In this document: positions 49,301 through 63,354 of the stretch, one piece after another
How the letters are laid out: each line of letters opens with the position of its first letter
Position numbering within the stretch: the stretch's first letter is position 1
Source: Dipteris shenzhenensis
Taxonomy: Eukaryota
Assembly: GCA_047967505.1 (NCBI GenBank)
Contig: CM106538.1
Direction: 5' to 3' (one strand)
DNA length: 64,000 bases
Notes under the pieces: generated by a model
The model's input: the letters and a program-made list of their open reading frames with translations, nothing else
Database searches by the model: none
What the model was told of the DNA's origin: nothing
Position numbers and translations under genes: made by a program

Positions 49301-51779
49301 TGCTCATAACACATCAAATGGGGCATTGTAAAATAACAATGAGGGAATTGGTATCACTAATCTCTTTGAGAACTCCTTTATATACTGAATAGGCATGGAG
49401 AAGGGTGATCCAAGTTCACATTGCAAAAGCACAAAAGATGTGGGAAGTGTAAACCAACCACTAAACCATGTTGTTGGACATAATTGACAAGATTCCAAGA
49501 TTTGCAAACCAAAGCTGAAATCATCTTACACTTTAAATTGTGAAAGGTAAATCTACAAGATGCATTGCATCTCAAAAGACAAGACCATCTAGATATAGAC
49601 CTTGCTTGGCAAGTGCAATGACTTTGGAATAAAAACATTGAGATGAGCTACATAATGCAATAGCAAGACATTCAAGCCATGAGGACATGGCTAGAATGAT
49701 AGGTGGGGCTAATGTTGGACCCCCTATACCAAGGGTTTCAATAGTAGAAAATGAACATAAAGCCAAATGAAGGTTGGAAGCTAAAGCCAAATAATGAAAG
49801 GTGCCGACAACCAAGTGCATAATGAAGAGAGAGTGTGAGCACAACCAAGTTCTTAATGAAGAGAGAGTTTGAGAAAAGCAGAAGAAATCCAATTTCTCAA
49901 GTCAACATAGTGTGGACAAAATCCATATGAACATTGCTAGTATGCACCAATTTGAGTGATGGGGGTTGCATGTGGTAGTAAGGAGCAATTCAATAGTGGA
50001 CTTAATGGCACCGATGCTATTGATGGGTACGCGTAGATGAACAAAAATGCGAGAGGAACTCGCCAGACCTTATTAGAGTGGTTTGTATATATGAGGGTCA
50101 TCCTTATTTGCTATTACAAGCATTGGGTATGTTGTGTTCATCCATAGAGTCGATTGTAATTAGCAACATGCTCCTAATACAAAATAGTTCTATAATTCCA
50201 TTGTCTTGAGTACTTCCCTTTCTCTTTCCATTCATTTTTAGCAACTCTTGTTCACTTTCTTTGTATTCTATTATTTTCTTATTCACTGCTGCAACCATCA
50301 CAAAACATGCTCTCCACTAAACACATATCATTACTTGATCAAAATTTTTAAAAAATGTGCCTTCCAAGTGGGGTTACTTGCTTTGTGTTATAAAAGCACA
50401 GTAAGTTGATACACTCCCCAATTATGGATGACTCTGTCATTTACATCACCCCAAATTTCATCACAAAGGTTAGGTCACTTGCCTCCACATGTGCACTCTT
50501 GATGTCATAAAATTAATTAATTGCAAGCATAAGAACGAAAGTGGATGGTTCCATGATCCAAATCCTAATCTTTTCTCATTCACCCTTGAACCGCCATCCA
50601 CAATGGCTCCTCTAATTCATACCACTTCCAAAATAACAATAAATTTAGGAGTATGGACATCCACTGCCTTTGCCCCAAGAAGATTGGACAGAACAAAGCT
50701 CATAGAAAGTTTTAAGAATCATAGTTCAAGGCTATGAGGATGCAACACATCGACATGCAAGATCCTGTAAGAAAAGAGGCAACAATAGACACTCAAAAAA
50801 TTGAGTAGAGAATCATAGCCTCACTCAGTATAGGCTAAACTAATCCTCATCCATGTGCCAATGCCTAAGTCTTTGCCTCATGTATAACTTTATCACTCAA
50901 CTCTAAGTATACATTCAAGTGTAAGCACAACCTCCCACTCTCATCCCCGATAGGGTTAATCATGAACATATGACCTAGCACGTTAGTGCATTGAGGGATA
51001 TTTTTTAAATAGGGTAACTTCCATGCTCTTTACATGCATGAGGGGATTTATAAAATAGCAACTGAATGTAAATTAACTTTATATGTCTAGATTTATGATA
51101 AGATTGAAAAACATATACATGCAAGAATAGGCTTATCAATTACATGAGAATTGTAAAAAAAAGGCAAGATAGGGGTACTTTTAATTCATGCTTGCCTCGC
51201 ATGTGCTATGTGGGTTTTTATGAAGGGTGACCATGCTTTGCTCAAGTGTATACTCAAGTGTAATTGAGTATACCAATGCTTATATGCACTAATGCCCTTC
51301 AAAAAAAGCTTTTCAAAACCTCTTATCCTAGCTAAATCCTTTACAAATCCTAATATGTCAAAGTTTTTGTTCTCATTTCAAAGGCCAATATTTAGCACTA
51401 TTCCACAACATATCCAAGGCACCCAAAGTCTATTCTAAAGAACCTTTCCAAAAGTGGTATGATGCCTATTCCAAAATAAAGCAAAGGCAATCTTAATAAC
51501 TCTAAAGAGTATGTTAGATATAAAATTTATACCAATTTTCAAGTGAATAAAAATATCCATCAAAGCAAAAGATTCCCTTGTTTGAATCATGTCCTAATAG
51601 CTTCAAAATTGGAAATCCCATGAGGTATCTCAAGGTGTTCCAAGGCAACTCTTAAAGCACGAAGAAGGTATATCAAGGTGTTCCAAGGCCCCTTAAAGCA
51701 AAAAGAAGGTATAATTCAAATTCAATTAATAAAAGGTGTTTTGACATCTAATATCTCAAGAGAGAGACTACACACCAAG

Positions 51780-52830
51780 GATAGTTGTGAGAAAATACAA
51801 CACAGTAAGAGCAATTGTGAACAATTCATAGGATGAAGTTCACATGCAATAGAAACCAAGTTTTTAGGTAAAAGGAAATGAATATATGATATATCAAATT
51901 AAAGAAATTACATTATGGCTTTAAATAGGCTCCAAGAGCTTGATATAGTAAGATTGATGTGTACTTTAAGTCAAAAAATAATTTGTCAATAGTGTAGATG
52001 GTTACATGTTATACACTTTTAATCAAAATGGAAATCTAGCAATCATTACATTTTATGTGGATAACAATTTGATCATTGTAGGAAACAACATAGAGCTGAT
52101 AAAACAAACCAAGTTAGACTTACGTAAGCAATGTAACATTAAAGATTTGTTAGAGTTGCATTAAATTTTGGGCATTGAATTCAATAGAATTAAGAAAAAA
52201 TGAAGATGGATCCGTTATGAATTAGAGAAAATTAATGTCTTGATATGCAAAATCTACTAGCACAATTGAAATAGGTCACAATACCTTTAGGATTGACAAT
52301 GAACAATTCCAAGGTGTTGCATGATATTGGCAGAAGTTGGCAAAGTGATGTATTTGATGGAACAAATTGGATCATGTATTTGTTATGTCATATGCTTGGT
52401 TAGTTGGCTCATGGAAAACCTTTGTGAGAATAATTAGAAATTGGTGAAGAGGACCTTCACATACGTAAAAGGTACAATGGACCATAAATTGCCATATATG
52501 AAGGATACTAATCAAGAACCATAACTAAAGGAATTCTAATGAAGGTGAAGAGGAAAAGTCAAAATTTGGTTTCACATTCTTGCTCCATCATCATTAGGTA
52601 GTATGGTCAAGCAAGAAGTGAGACATAGTTGTCAAAGTGTGCTTGTCAAGCATATGGCTAGGAGGACTTCTAGGTGAACTTAGTTCAGTCCAAAGGAAAG
52701 CAACTACAATCTTGTTGTATAACACGAGGCATTTGATTTAGGATATAATCTCAAAGATCATGGAAGGTGAAGCACATTAACATTTTTTATCATTCCATTT
52801 GGTAATTAAACTAAAACCTGAGTCATGGCC
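51780..52830 (+). pseudogene. Degenerate Ty1/Copia RT-RNase H remnant
   Basis: LKKLHYGFK*APRA*Y (cf. LKKSLYGLKQAPRAWY), FYVDN (cf. YVDD), WSSKK and KHI. Confidence 0.75.
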
Positions 52831-52849
52831 AACTAATTATGTGTTGGGA

Positions 52850-53535
52850 ATTGAATCATTGTTGGATGATTGGAAAGACTAACCTAAGAAATACCTTGGC
52901 CCAGATGATGTACAAGAAGCTTATATGGAGTAGTGGTCCTTGGTGGGGTTATTGAATAACAAATGGAAATTGAGGCAGAGTTCATGTTGGTGGCGGGATA
53001 GGATAAAGGAGATTTGGAAGGGGTGTACAATTGGCATGCCTAGTTTTGTGATACAGAAGGTGATACATCATTTGTTGTCAAAAAGGGGCCAATTCACAAA
53101 ATAGGTGGCACAATGGGTAGTCCAAAAAAATTTGGGGGGAGCTATATGCAGTGCTAGTCTGATAGCGAGGTTCTCCTAGCTCAAATTAGATGGTATCTCT
53201 GAGTAGGGATTCCTGTGATATGCAGTCTTTGCTAGCAGCATAACCCTATAGGCAATTCGGATGGTAAGAAACCAAGTGGTATTTAAGGATGGGGTTACAA
53301 GAGGAAACAACGGGTTTGCTCTTGTGGGTTTTCTTAATGTGACATTGGTTGATTTTTTAGTACTGACTTGCAAGAAATTCCCTATGTTCAATATTAATAT
53401 CCATGAGGCTACTTGTCACTTGTATAGGACTACTTTTGTAGTGTTGTAGTTGGTGTTTTTTTGGGTCTCCCCCTTTTCTATATTGATAAAAGCCGACTTA
53501 TTTTAATTTACTTTATTTTTTATCTTAAAAAAAAA
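52850..53535 (+). mobile_element. Possible 3' fragment of a LINE with A-rich tail
   Basis: MVRNQVVF (cf. the LINE C-terminal WxxRNxxVF motif), a T-rich 3'UTR-like stretch and A9 at 53527-53535. Confidence 0.4.
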
Positions 53536-53569
53536 GATATTAAATACACCAAGAGGTAAGGCAAAGGTG

Positions 53570-53667
53570 GTGTATGTGTGTGTGTGTGCGCACGTGTGCA
53601 TATGTGTGCATGTGTGTGGGCGTGTGCATGTGCATGCACATGCAAACACACATGCACATACACACAC

Positions 53668-53704
<37 letters not shown>

Positions 53705-53745
53705 TTCACATATGCATACGCATACGCATACACATATGCATACGC
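53570..53745. repeat. Compound (TG)n/(CA)n/(CATACA)n microsatellite
   Basis: Seen directly. Confidence 0.93.
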
Positions 53746-53790
53746 TGTTATGGATAAAATTGTCTAAGGAAAAAGGCATTAATATGTGTG

Positions 53791-54529
53791 ATGACGCATC
53801 GATATGTGGATCGAGCGGCCATGCTCCTGGACCATTTAATTGCCATGCAGGAGGACAATGCTAAATTTTGAGTTGGAATGACTCAGCATGTGTTGGGCTA
53901 CCTTGTAGCAAGAGCAAGTGACGAATTCCGCCTCAAGCTTAAATGGGAGAATCCAAAAACTATGGTGCTAGCAAATGAGATTGCTCAAAAGTTTGATGAA
54001 GTTCAGTCTGATCCCACTTCAAAGAAGACGATTGTCCCTCTGCAACCCCCTCAATTCTTGCAACAATAACCTGGGGGGTCTAACTCAGGGGCATACCCCC
54101 ACCCCTCATCATGGATGTATCCACCACCTCCACCTCAAATGTATGGTCCTCCCTTAGATGCTTACCCTCAACAAGGTGTATATTCTCACCCTTCGCCTCA
54201 AAGATTTCCCTAGCCTTGCCCACGAGCCCCCCTCCTTTCTACTCCCTCAGCCCCTCCACCTAAAGAGGCCCCTCCTGCAAAAGAACGCGGAGTCAATGAC
54301 CTAGCCAAGGCCCTGAATGGTCTTCAGCTTGAGATGGTGGGCATCAAAAATCAAGCCAACCGCCCTCCAAGAGATCGAGCTAATGTTGTATGCTATGAGT
54401 GCCACCAGAAAGGTCATTATTACACATAATCTCCCAATATTCCAAGGGTGAATCTTCTAAGTGAATCTGGCACTGAGGATTCTGATGTAGAAATCCTTGA
54501 CCTTAGGAAAAGAAGTCATACCACCTCGG
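53791..54529 (+). pseudogene. Gypsy gag fragment
   Basis: LKWENPKTMVLANEIAQKFDE, a Pro-rich linker and a CX2CX4H knuckle. Confidence 0.65.
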
Positions 54530-54880
54530 TGTAAAGATAGTGGGAGAGAAGGAAGGAGTCTCACTTGCAGCTTTCTCACATACACAATGGGGGAATACAC
54601 ACAAAGGTGGAGGCTGGAAACACTTTTCCTCTTCTTAGTTGTGAAAGCTAAAAGAACTCTAGTACAAAGAAATAGAAGAACCCTATATGTGGGTCTCAAC
54701 CAAACTCAGCTAACTAAGGTGGCATACTAATTGAGCCACGAACTAGAGTACATAAGGATAGCTATCATCCAACTATTATTCATGGGCGGTGTACCAACCG
54801 CATCTACAGCTAACAAGTCGGTGACATAAATGCACAATGGTCACCTTGGCATATCACGAGTGGAGCTCGATATCTCAACA
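54530..54880 (-). repeat. Copia 3' LTR (351 bp)
   Basis: Highly similar to 58936-59190 over the shared 255 bp. Confidence 0.95.
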
Positions 54881-54969
54881 CTCCCCCTCGAGCTCAATAC
54901 CAATTCCTACACACCAAGCAGGTCTCTGAACTTGTGCAGCTTCTCTGCGCCTAATGCCTTCATGAATAT

Positions 54970-55360
54970 GTATGGATACACTGATGCTGATTGGACTAGT
55001 AGTATTTCTGATAGACGATCTACCAGTGGATATGTGTTCTCTTTTGGGAGTGTTGCAGTCATTTGGAGCAGTAAGAAACAGCCTACAGTTGCCTTGTCGA
55101 GCACAGAGGTTGAGTACAGGGGTGCAGCAATGGTTGCATGTGAGGTAGCTTGGTTGCATAAGCTACTTTATGATATGCATCAGTCTACAGATGGGCCAGT
55201 TGTCATTTATTGTGACAACATGAGCACTATACACTTGGCAAATAACCCAGTCTATCATGCTAGAACAAAGCACATTGAGGTGCATTATCACTATGTGCAG
55301 GAGAAGGTTTTACTAGGTCTTATTAATCTAGTTTATGTCAGCACAGAGGATCAGGTAGCT
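54970..55360 (+). pseudogene. Copia RNase H segment, inverted relative to its element
   Basis: YTDADW..DRRSTSGY..WSSKKQPTVALSSTEVEY..CDN..HARTKHIEVHYH..EDQVA on the + strand; its continuation IFMKALGAEKL is on the - strand at 54907-54968. Confidence 0.92.
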
Positions 55361-58300
55361 AGCCATAGCAATGACTACTCTTACAGTTGCCATCCTTGCA
55401 ACCGGACTGAATGTTTCTTCATAATCAATGCCATATGTCTGTGCATACCCCTTGACAACTAATCTTGCCTTGTATCTATTCACAGAACCAGCTGCATTGT
55501 GCTTCACCTTATAAACCCACTTATAGCCAATTGCATTCTTGTCTTTAGGCAAAGATACCAATTCCCATGTAGCATTTGCTTCCAAGGCATCCATTTCTTC
55601 ATCCATGGCTTTCTCCGATTTTTCGTTTCCCATGGCTTGCTCAAAAGAAGTGGGTTCTGGTTCCTGTATCACTTTGACCATATAGGCATAATGAATGGTT
55701 ATAAATCCATGATATTTCAGCCTATCCATAGGATACTTGACTCTGGTAGACCTGCACAAAATAGGCTCACTACCAGGTGCTCTTAAAACATCCCTGGTCT
55801 TCCTTACTCCAGGTGTAACAACAGAAGGAATACCCAACTCATCATTAATGCTCTGTTCTGAGCCACTGGATTCACCATCCACATAAGAGTGACCTGCATT
55901 CACATCAAACATGGGCTGATCTACCTTCTCTTTTCCTTTGTGTGATACCTGCATACCACTATCTGCATTGCTTTGAGGAGATTCTCTTGATCTCAATCTA
56001 CTGTCCATGGTGAAGTATGTGAACCACTGCTAGAGGACACTGCAGGTCCACTAATATTTTGTGATTGCTACTGTGAATTCTATGCAGCATTACCATTTTG
56101 TGCATCTACATCATCAATCACATTTACTGGTTTATACTAGCTGCTCATCTCATCAAAAACAACATCTCTGCTCATTGTAAACTTACGAGTAGAAGGGTTA
56201 TAGCATCTATACCCTTTCTGCTACAGAGAATAACCAATAAAGATGCACTGCTCAACTTTTCGATCCAACGTGGACCTCAACTCATCTGGCACATGAACAT
56301 AGGCAATGCAACCAAAAATTTTCAAATGAGAAATATCTAGTATACATCTCCTCTGGCGTCATGCCATGTATTGCTACAGTGGGAGTCCTATTCATTATGT
56401 AAACTGTTGTAGCAACTGCTTCAGCCCAATAATAATCTGGTAGGTCTTTTTCATTTAGCATGGCCCGAGATACCTCTCCAATATGCCTGTTTTTCCTTTC
56501 TGCAAGTCCATTTTGCTATGGGTTATGACTGCATGAATATTGCTGCTTCATGCCATCCTCTTGTAGGAACCTTGCAAACTCATTTGAGAGGTACTCTCCC
56601 CCTCCATCTGACCTTAGGCATTTTAATTGTAGGCGTGTTTCTTTTTTAACCATAGCTTCAAAAGCTTTGAAATGCCCAAACACTTTACTTTTATTTTTCA
56701 TAAAATACACCCAAAATTTTCTGCTATAGTCATCAATAAAAGTGATAAAATAATGAGAGCCTCCAATAGATGCAGCTTTAGTAGTCCACACATCAGAGTG
56801 GATTAATTCCAATGGCTTTTTATACTCTTGAACATGTCTAGGAAATGGTTTCCTTGCCTGTTTTCCAAATTGACAGGCTTCACATAACTTATGCATTTCT
56901 GCAACCTTGAATTTAGGCAATCCTGCAATAATATTTTGGGCCTGCATTGATTTAAGTCATTGTACATTAACATGACCAATGTGTTTATGCCAGATATCAA
57001 TATCTACAACTACACCGGTCCCATGTGCAAACATTGCTGAACTCAATTCAGGCATGTCCGCATCTAACATAAACATCCTGCCTTCTTCTTTCCTTTTGCT
57101 ATCAAGAGACCATTATTTTTCATATCCTCAACAAAGCATCCATGAGGATTAAATCTGACCTGCAAGCCCTACTCAACCATTTGACCAATAGAAACCAGGT
57201 TCTTGGTGATATTTGGGACATGAAATACATCAGACAGGTATTTCTTTTTCCCATCCTGCATAGACAAAGGAATTTTACCAATCTGCACAATAGGATGTGC
57301 AGTATCATCACCAATCTCCACAAATCCTAGTCTTTCTATTTTCCTTGCATCGTGCATCCATTCTGCATGACCTGTCATGTGGTTTGATGCACCTAAGTCA
57401 ACATACCACACATCATTGCTTTCTTCTGCACTTGTCACCGAATTGGTCATGTGCTGCACCATAAATAAATGCTCATTTCTGTCATCACCCTGTATACTAG
57501 AGGATGCATAATTGCCTTGCTGCAATTTTCCATTCATTATGTCATTCTGCTTTTTGTAGCAGTCTTTAGCCATATGACCCATTTTACCACAATAGTAGCA
57601 TTCAACATTGCTGTTTGCATTTCGACCTCTCTGCCATCCACCACGGCCTCTTTGGCTCCCCTTGCCTCTAGAGTTACCACACCCTCCTCCAAAGGACTGG
57701 TTTTCTTGAGTTTGCTACATATTTTGATTTCTACCACGGCCTCTAGATCGGCCTCCTCTACCTCTGCCTCTACCTCTTCCAGCATTTGAGTAGAAGATAG
57801 TTTCTTTTGAAGTTCCTCCTGAAGAAGATGCACCACCATTTCTCTGCTCTTTAGAAATTAGAAGAGCAAACAACTCAAAATCAGGAAATTTTTCACGGAC
57901 GGCAATGGATATCCGGAACTGTGCATAATTTTTTCCTAGACCATTCAAGGTCACAAAAACTAGATCATCATCTACCACTGGCGACCCAATGGAAGCAAGT
58001 GCATCTGCAATTTTCTTCACCGTCATGTGGTAGTCATTGATGCTCATATTTTCTCTCTGCACATTGTGCAACTCCTGCTTAATCTGCATTTTCCTAGCTT
58101 GCATATTTGTGCTGTACATTTTGCCCAAAATATCCCATGCCTCCCTTGGCGTACTTGCATCCTGAATATGCACAATCATAGAATCTGAAATACTGATAGA
58201 CAGCCAGTACATAACTTTTCTGGCTCTCTCATGCCATCCTTTAAATGCGAGCATTTCCTATTAATTGGGAACATTAGGAAGAACTGGTTCTTCTTCATTT

Positions 58301-58421
58301 CCTGTAATGAACTCCCAATAGCCTTTTCCCATAAGGAAATTCGTCATTCTAAACTTCCATGCTTGGAAGTTGTTCTTGTCAAGCTTTTCAGTGACAATCT
58401 ATGAAAGAGAATCAGACGCCA
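55361..58421 (-). pseudogene. Copia gag-protease-integrase-RT(5') polyprotein, interrupted
   Basis: [80 protein letters not shown]. Confidence 0.93.
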
Positions 58422-58935
58422 TTACAAAACACTGTAAAATATTCAGTCACTGCAAAAAACACAGCTTCTGCCTCACAAGGGCAAATCTGCAAAACTAACG
58501 AAAGTGGTATTTGACCACACAGTCACTTCCTAGTGATGATTTTGCATCAATAGGCAATAAGGATGATTTTGTAACTCCCAGTATCTCTGCGCATAGGCAT
58601 ACGATGCAATTTATGTGGCAACTTTTCATCGACCTGTAGAGCAGTGGTCGCACAGCAAAAATAGGGCCTTTTTCTTAGTGCTTGCGGAGAACTTCCGCCT
58701 CCAAAACGGGCCTCGAAATGGCCCTGAAATGGCCCACAGCATATATTGCCCTCTCACCACACTGCGAAGGGCATCTCAATTTGAGACAATGCACTCTTGC
58801 ACTTTTCGGCTATGCTACCTGCAAAGATTTGCTCCCAAACTCGAAAAAGGAAAGCAACATTGGTCCTCTTACTAGGACACTGTGAAATTGGTTTGCTTTC
58901 TTGAGCTCCTTACCATGAACCAGGCTCTGATACCA

Positions 58936-59190
58936 TGTGAAGATAGTGGGAGAGAAGGAAGGAGTCTCACTTGCGGCTTTCTCACATACACAATGGGGGA
59001 ATACATACAAAGGTGGAGGCTGGAAACAGTTTTCCTCTTCTTAGTTGTGAAAGCCAAAAGAACTCTAGTACAAAGAAATAGAAGAACCCTATATGTGGGT
59101 CTCAACCAAACTCAGCTAACTAAGGTGGCATACTAACTGAGCCAAGAACTAGAGTACATAAGGATAGCTGTCATATAGCTATTATTCATG
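58936..59190 (-). repeat. Copia 5' LTR, truncated by deletion
   Basis: Matches 54530-54784, then similarity stops abruptly. Confidence 0.92.
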
Positions 59191-59848
59191 ATGTGGCCTT
59201 CAATGAGAAGAAGATACATAAGACACCCAAGAGGGATGTGGAACTTGAGTTCAAAGAGTTTGGTTAGGTGACACAGGGTTTGGTTAGGTTACAAGTTGGT
59301 TGAGTTTCAATGTGAAGCCCATTATCATCACTAGCTATAGCAACCCTGATTCCTTAGCGTCTAGCCTTCGTCCTCTACTGTTTCCAGCATGCCATCGAAG
59401 CTTCGCACACAAGAGCGCACGGCTGGGAGGCAGCGCCATGTATCAGTTTTATAGTAATCAAAATTTTGATTCTCGATACTATTTGCTTTTCTCTCTTGCA
59501 TACGAGATCCTATTATCTGATAAAATAATATTTCACCTCAATGTGTTTCGTCTTGGCATGAAACACAGGATTACGTGCTAGCTAAATAGCACTCTCTCAT
59601 AATCCGATGATGGGAGCTCGATGCAACTCTCCCCCAATCACCGACTCTAACTACCAATCAACAACAAGGGACAGCAGCTTAGACGGTCTAGCCAAATTGA
59701 CATATGCTCAGAAAGGCAAAGCAATTCAGGTGGAAAACACCAACTATGCTCTTATGACTACCATCATGGCTACAGAAGAGCCAGTGTACTTCGAAGATGC
59801 AGTAGACAAGCCAGAATGGCAAATTGCTATGAATGAAGAAATGGATGC
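59191..59848 (+). mobile_element. Fragment of a second Copia (integrase-RT linker) fused to Gypsy sequence
   Basis: DVAFNEK at ~59190 and EEPVYFEDAVDKPEWQIAMNEEMDA at ~59776-59848. Confidence 0.7.
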
Positions 59849-62800
59849 TTGGATTTTCCCATCGGCTCGGGGCAAGAAGACTATTCGGTCATTCAGGACC
59901 TTGCTCATCGTTCTTTGAGCATCACGCTCCCTCAACTAATATCATTAAGCCCTAAGGTGAGACGTGAGCTGCAGCAAGGGCTCTCAACAAGGAGGAGCAA
60001 GAAAAAGGGAAAGGTACGAGAGGTATCTTCTATCTCTGAAGAAATTGATTGGCACCCACATACAGTAGATGTCATCATAGATAATTGCCGTGTCAAAAAT
60101 GTGTGTGTTGATGGGGGAGCTGCATATAATATCATGGTGCCCCAAATCATGAAGAAATTGAATTTGAAATGTACAAGGCGTTCCTCCACTCAAATCAAGG
60201 TAGCAGATGGTCGATGATTCGCCACCCTAGGAGTCATTGAGGATTTGCCCATCACTGTCAATGGGTTGACCACCACCATAAATTTCTATGTAGTGGACAT
60301 TGAAGATATAGGTAGGAGTTATCCAGCCATACTCGGGAGACCATGGTTGAGAAAGAGTGATGCAGTCAGCTATTGGAAGATAGGACACATGTCTTTTGGT
60401 GCTTCTAAGGAGATCCCGGTGCAACCAGGTGCCGCAGAACTAGAAGAAGAAGAGGAGCAAGATAGTGATACTCTCTCATCCTCAGTGTCTGAATCAATGG
60501 AAGAATCAGACGGGGGGGAGGAATTCTCAGAGGAGGAAGTTTACATGATGGGGGTGTCTCTGACCCCGCCACCTGCAGAAAAGGTAACAGCTAGTCCTCA
60601 ACAACTTGAATCTATGCTTTCCCCGGACCTCACTGCAAGTGAGAGAGATGAGTTCCTAGAAATGTTCAAAGATTTCCCTGACCTTTTCGCAACTAGCTAC
60701 CGCCACCTTTGCCATGTGACTGCCATAGAACACAAGATAGAGCTGAAACCTGATGCGAAGCCTATGGCTCAGAAGTATCGGAGATTAGGGCCCCTACAGA
60801 CCTATGCATTGTGCTCAGATTTGCAGAAACTTGTAGAAGCTGGGTTTATTGTTTCGGTTCACAATACTGAATGGGTTTCACCTGTGGTAGTCACCCCAAA
60901 GAAAAACAACAAGTGGCGGGTCTGCATCGACTATAAGAAACTCAATTCGGCCACCAAGAGGGATCATCATCCTCTTCCCTTTCAAGACCTCATTCTTGAG
61001 AAGGTAAGTGGTCATGAGACGTATACTTTCTGTGATGGTTACTCTAGGTTTTATCAAATCAGAATTGCCGAAGAAGATGTGCTTAAAACCACATTTGCCA
61101 CACCCTGGGGGACATTTGCATTCAAAGTAATGCCATTTGGCCTCATCGATGCCCCTGCTACCTTTCAAAGATTTATGCAGATGGTGTTTGCTCCTTATTT
61201 GGGGGATTTCTTGGAGGTGTTTTTAGATGATTTTTGTATATTCTCATCATGTAAAGAGCACATCATGAAGGTTAGATTGGCCTTCCAAAGGGTCAATGAT
61301 GTGAATGGCAGTCTCAACCCTGAGAAATCCACCATTGGAGCCACTCAAGGGAGGTTACTAAGACATATTGTCTCATCTGAGGGCGTAAGCCTACCTCGAG
61401 AAGGTAGAAGCCATCCTCAAGCTCTCCCCACCAACAACCAAACATCAGGTATGCTCCTTTGTCAATCTAGCAGGATACTATCGCCGCTTCATTGATCAAT
61501 ATGCTGCTTTGACATGACCCATGACTATGCTATTAAAAGATGGGGTTGATTTCTCTTACGATGAGGATTGTGATCATGGGTTTGCACAAATCAAGAATGC
61601 TCTGGCTTCAGAACCCATTCTACACAATCCAGATTGGTCAAAGACTTTCTATATCAATCCTGGGTTTGGTGAGCACACTCTAGCAGGTATTCTTCTCTAG
61701 CAAGGGGAGGATCGGTTCATGTATCCTGTTCGATTTGCTTCTTGACAATTGCTCAACACTGAGTGATGCTATTCAGAGGCTGACAAGCATGCCTTGTCTT
61801 TAGTGTTCTACATTGAGAAATTTAAGCATTATGTGGCTGGAAAGTCCTTCATTATACTCACTAGCACTGGTCTTGCAAAGCAGGTTCTTCAATCACCAAA
61901 TCCCATGGGCCGGTTGGCCAAATGGTTGGTAGTTCTACAAGAATATGATTTTTCTTTCAAAATTGTAAAAGGGGGTTGTTCCAACTTGAAGAATGCTTTG
62001 ATTGATTTAGAGGAGTGCCTCGATGTAACCCTTGTAGTGGCCATAGAAGTTGGGTATCCATGGTATGGTGGTATCTACAGGTTTCTGACTGCTTTCTCCT
62101 TTCCTCCAGAAAGTACTAGCTATGAGAGAAAGAAGATCCGCAGAGATAGTAGGCACTACACCTTTGATGGGGTGTTGTACCGTCAAGGCGTAAATGGGGT
62201 ACTAAGACGGGCCATTGATGCAGATGAAGTGCCTAAGGTATTGAAGCATTATCATGATGGATTTTGTAGAGGCCACTATGCCAGTGACTATATAGCTAAG
62301 AAGATTTTACATGCTGGATACTATTGGCCGACCTTGTTCAAGGATGTCACGTATTGCAAAACCTGTGAACCATGCTAATTCTTTGGTAGGAAGGATTTGC
62401 GTCCTGGGCAACATCACCCAGTGATGTCCATCCATCTGTTTCAGAAGTGGGAATAGATTTTGTCGGGCCCTTGCCCATGACTACCCGCAAAAAAAAGTAT
62501 CTTTTGGTAGCCACTCAATATGTCACTAAGTGGGCTGAAGCTATCGCCCTCCCCGTTGCAAATGGTAAGGCAGTTTCAAATTTCATATTTTAACGTATCT
62601 GTACAAGGTTTGGGACACCATGGAAATAGTATCTAACCATGGGAGTCCATTCTTAAATGAAGCAGTGGAATTGCTCATGGATCGCGTGGCTATTGATCAT
62701 CGCACTTCTAGCATCTATTATGCAGCATCCAGGGTCAAACGGAGTGGACCAATGGCCTCCTTTATAAAACCATGGGAAAAATGGCCACAGGGAATAGGAG

Positions 62801-63340
62801 CCTGTGGGATCAGAAGGTCACTGAAGCTGTGTGGGCTTACAACATCACTCATAAAAAATCTACAGGTCACACTCTTTTTGAGTTGGTGTATGGAACTGAG
62901 GCAGTTTTACCACTAGAGATAGAGATTCTGGCCTTGAGATTGGCACAAGAACAGAGGATGACAGAAGATGAACATGTAGAGGCCAGATTGGTGCAACTTG
63001 AGAAGCTAGATGAAACCCAACACCTTGCACTACACCAAACAGAGATCCAAAAGAATCGACAAAAGGCCCGCTTGGATGCTAAGATTCACAAGGGATAGGA
63101 AAGATGCTTTGCTGAGGGGGATGTTGTGCTATGCTTTGATAACAGATTGGACCACCAAATGGATAAGAAGATTCTGCCACTGTGGACCAGTCCATACAGT
63201 CATCAAGGAACGTAGCCATGGGTCTGTACAAGTTCAAGAGCTACATGAGCCATATGGCAAGAAGGTGATCAACAAGCATAATCTCAAGCCCTTCTTTGTG
63301 CGTGATGGACCCAGGCATGGAAATGCTATGCATTCCTTGC
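59849..63340 (+). pseudogene. Gypsy pol: aspartic protease, RT, RNase H, integrase (stops and frameshifts)
   Basis: VCVDGGAAYNIM, WVSPVVVTPKKNNKWRVCIDYKKLN, VMPFGL, FLDDFCIF, GRLAKWLVVLQEYDF, HDGFCRGHY..CKTCEPC and AVWAYNITHKKSTGHT. Confidence 0.95.
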
Positions 63341-63354
63341 CTCGGGGGGGGAAC

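Larger units (their letters stand above)
54530..59190 (-). mobile_element. Ty1/Copia LTR retrotransposon, rearranged
   Basis: 3' LTR 54530-54880 (TG..CA) with PPT at 54881-54889. Truncated 5' LTR at 58936-59190. tRNA-iMet PBS TGGTATCAGAGCC at 58923-58935. Domain order gag-PR-INT-RT. Confidence 0.95.

Noticed and set aside
46500-51700. Host genes among short ORFs (also 31290-33400)
   Set aside because: No recognisable domains or consistent exon structure. Probably very old TE debris, but I cannot classify it.
54830-55462. Independent plus-strand 210-aa gene
   Set aside because: Chimeric ORF made of LTR antisense, inverted RNase H and RT antisense sequence.
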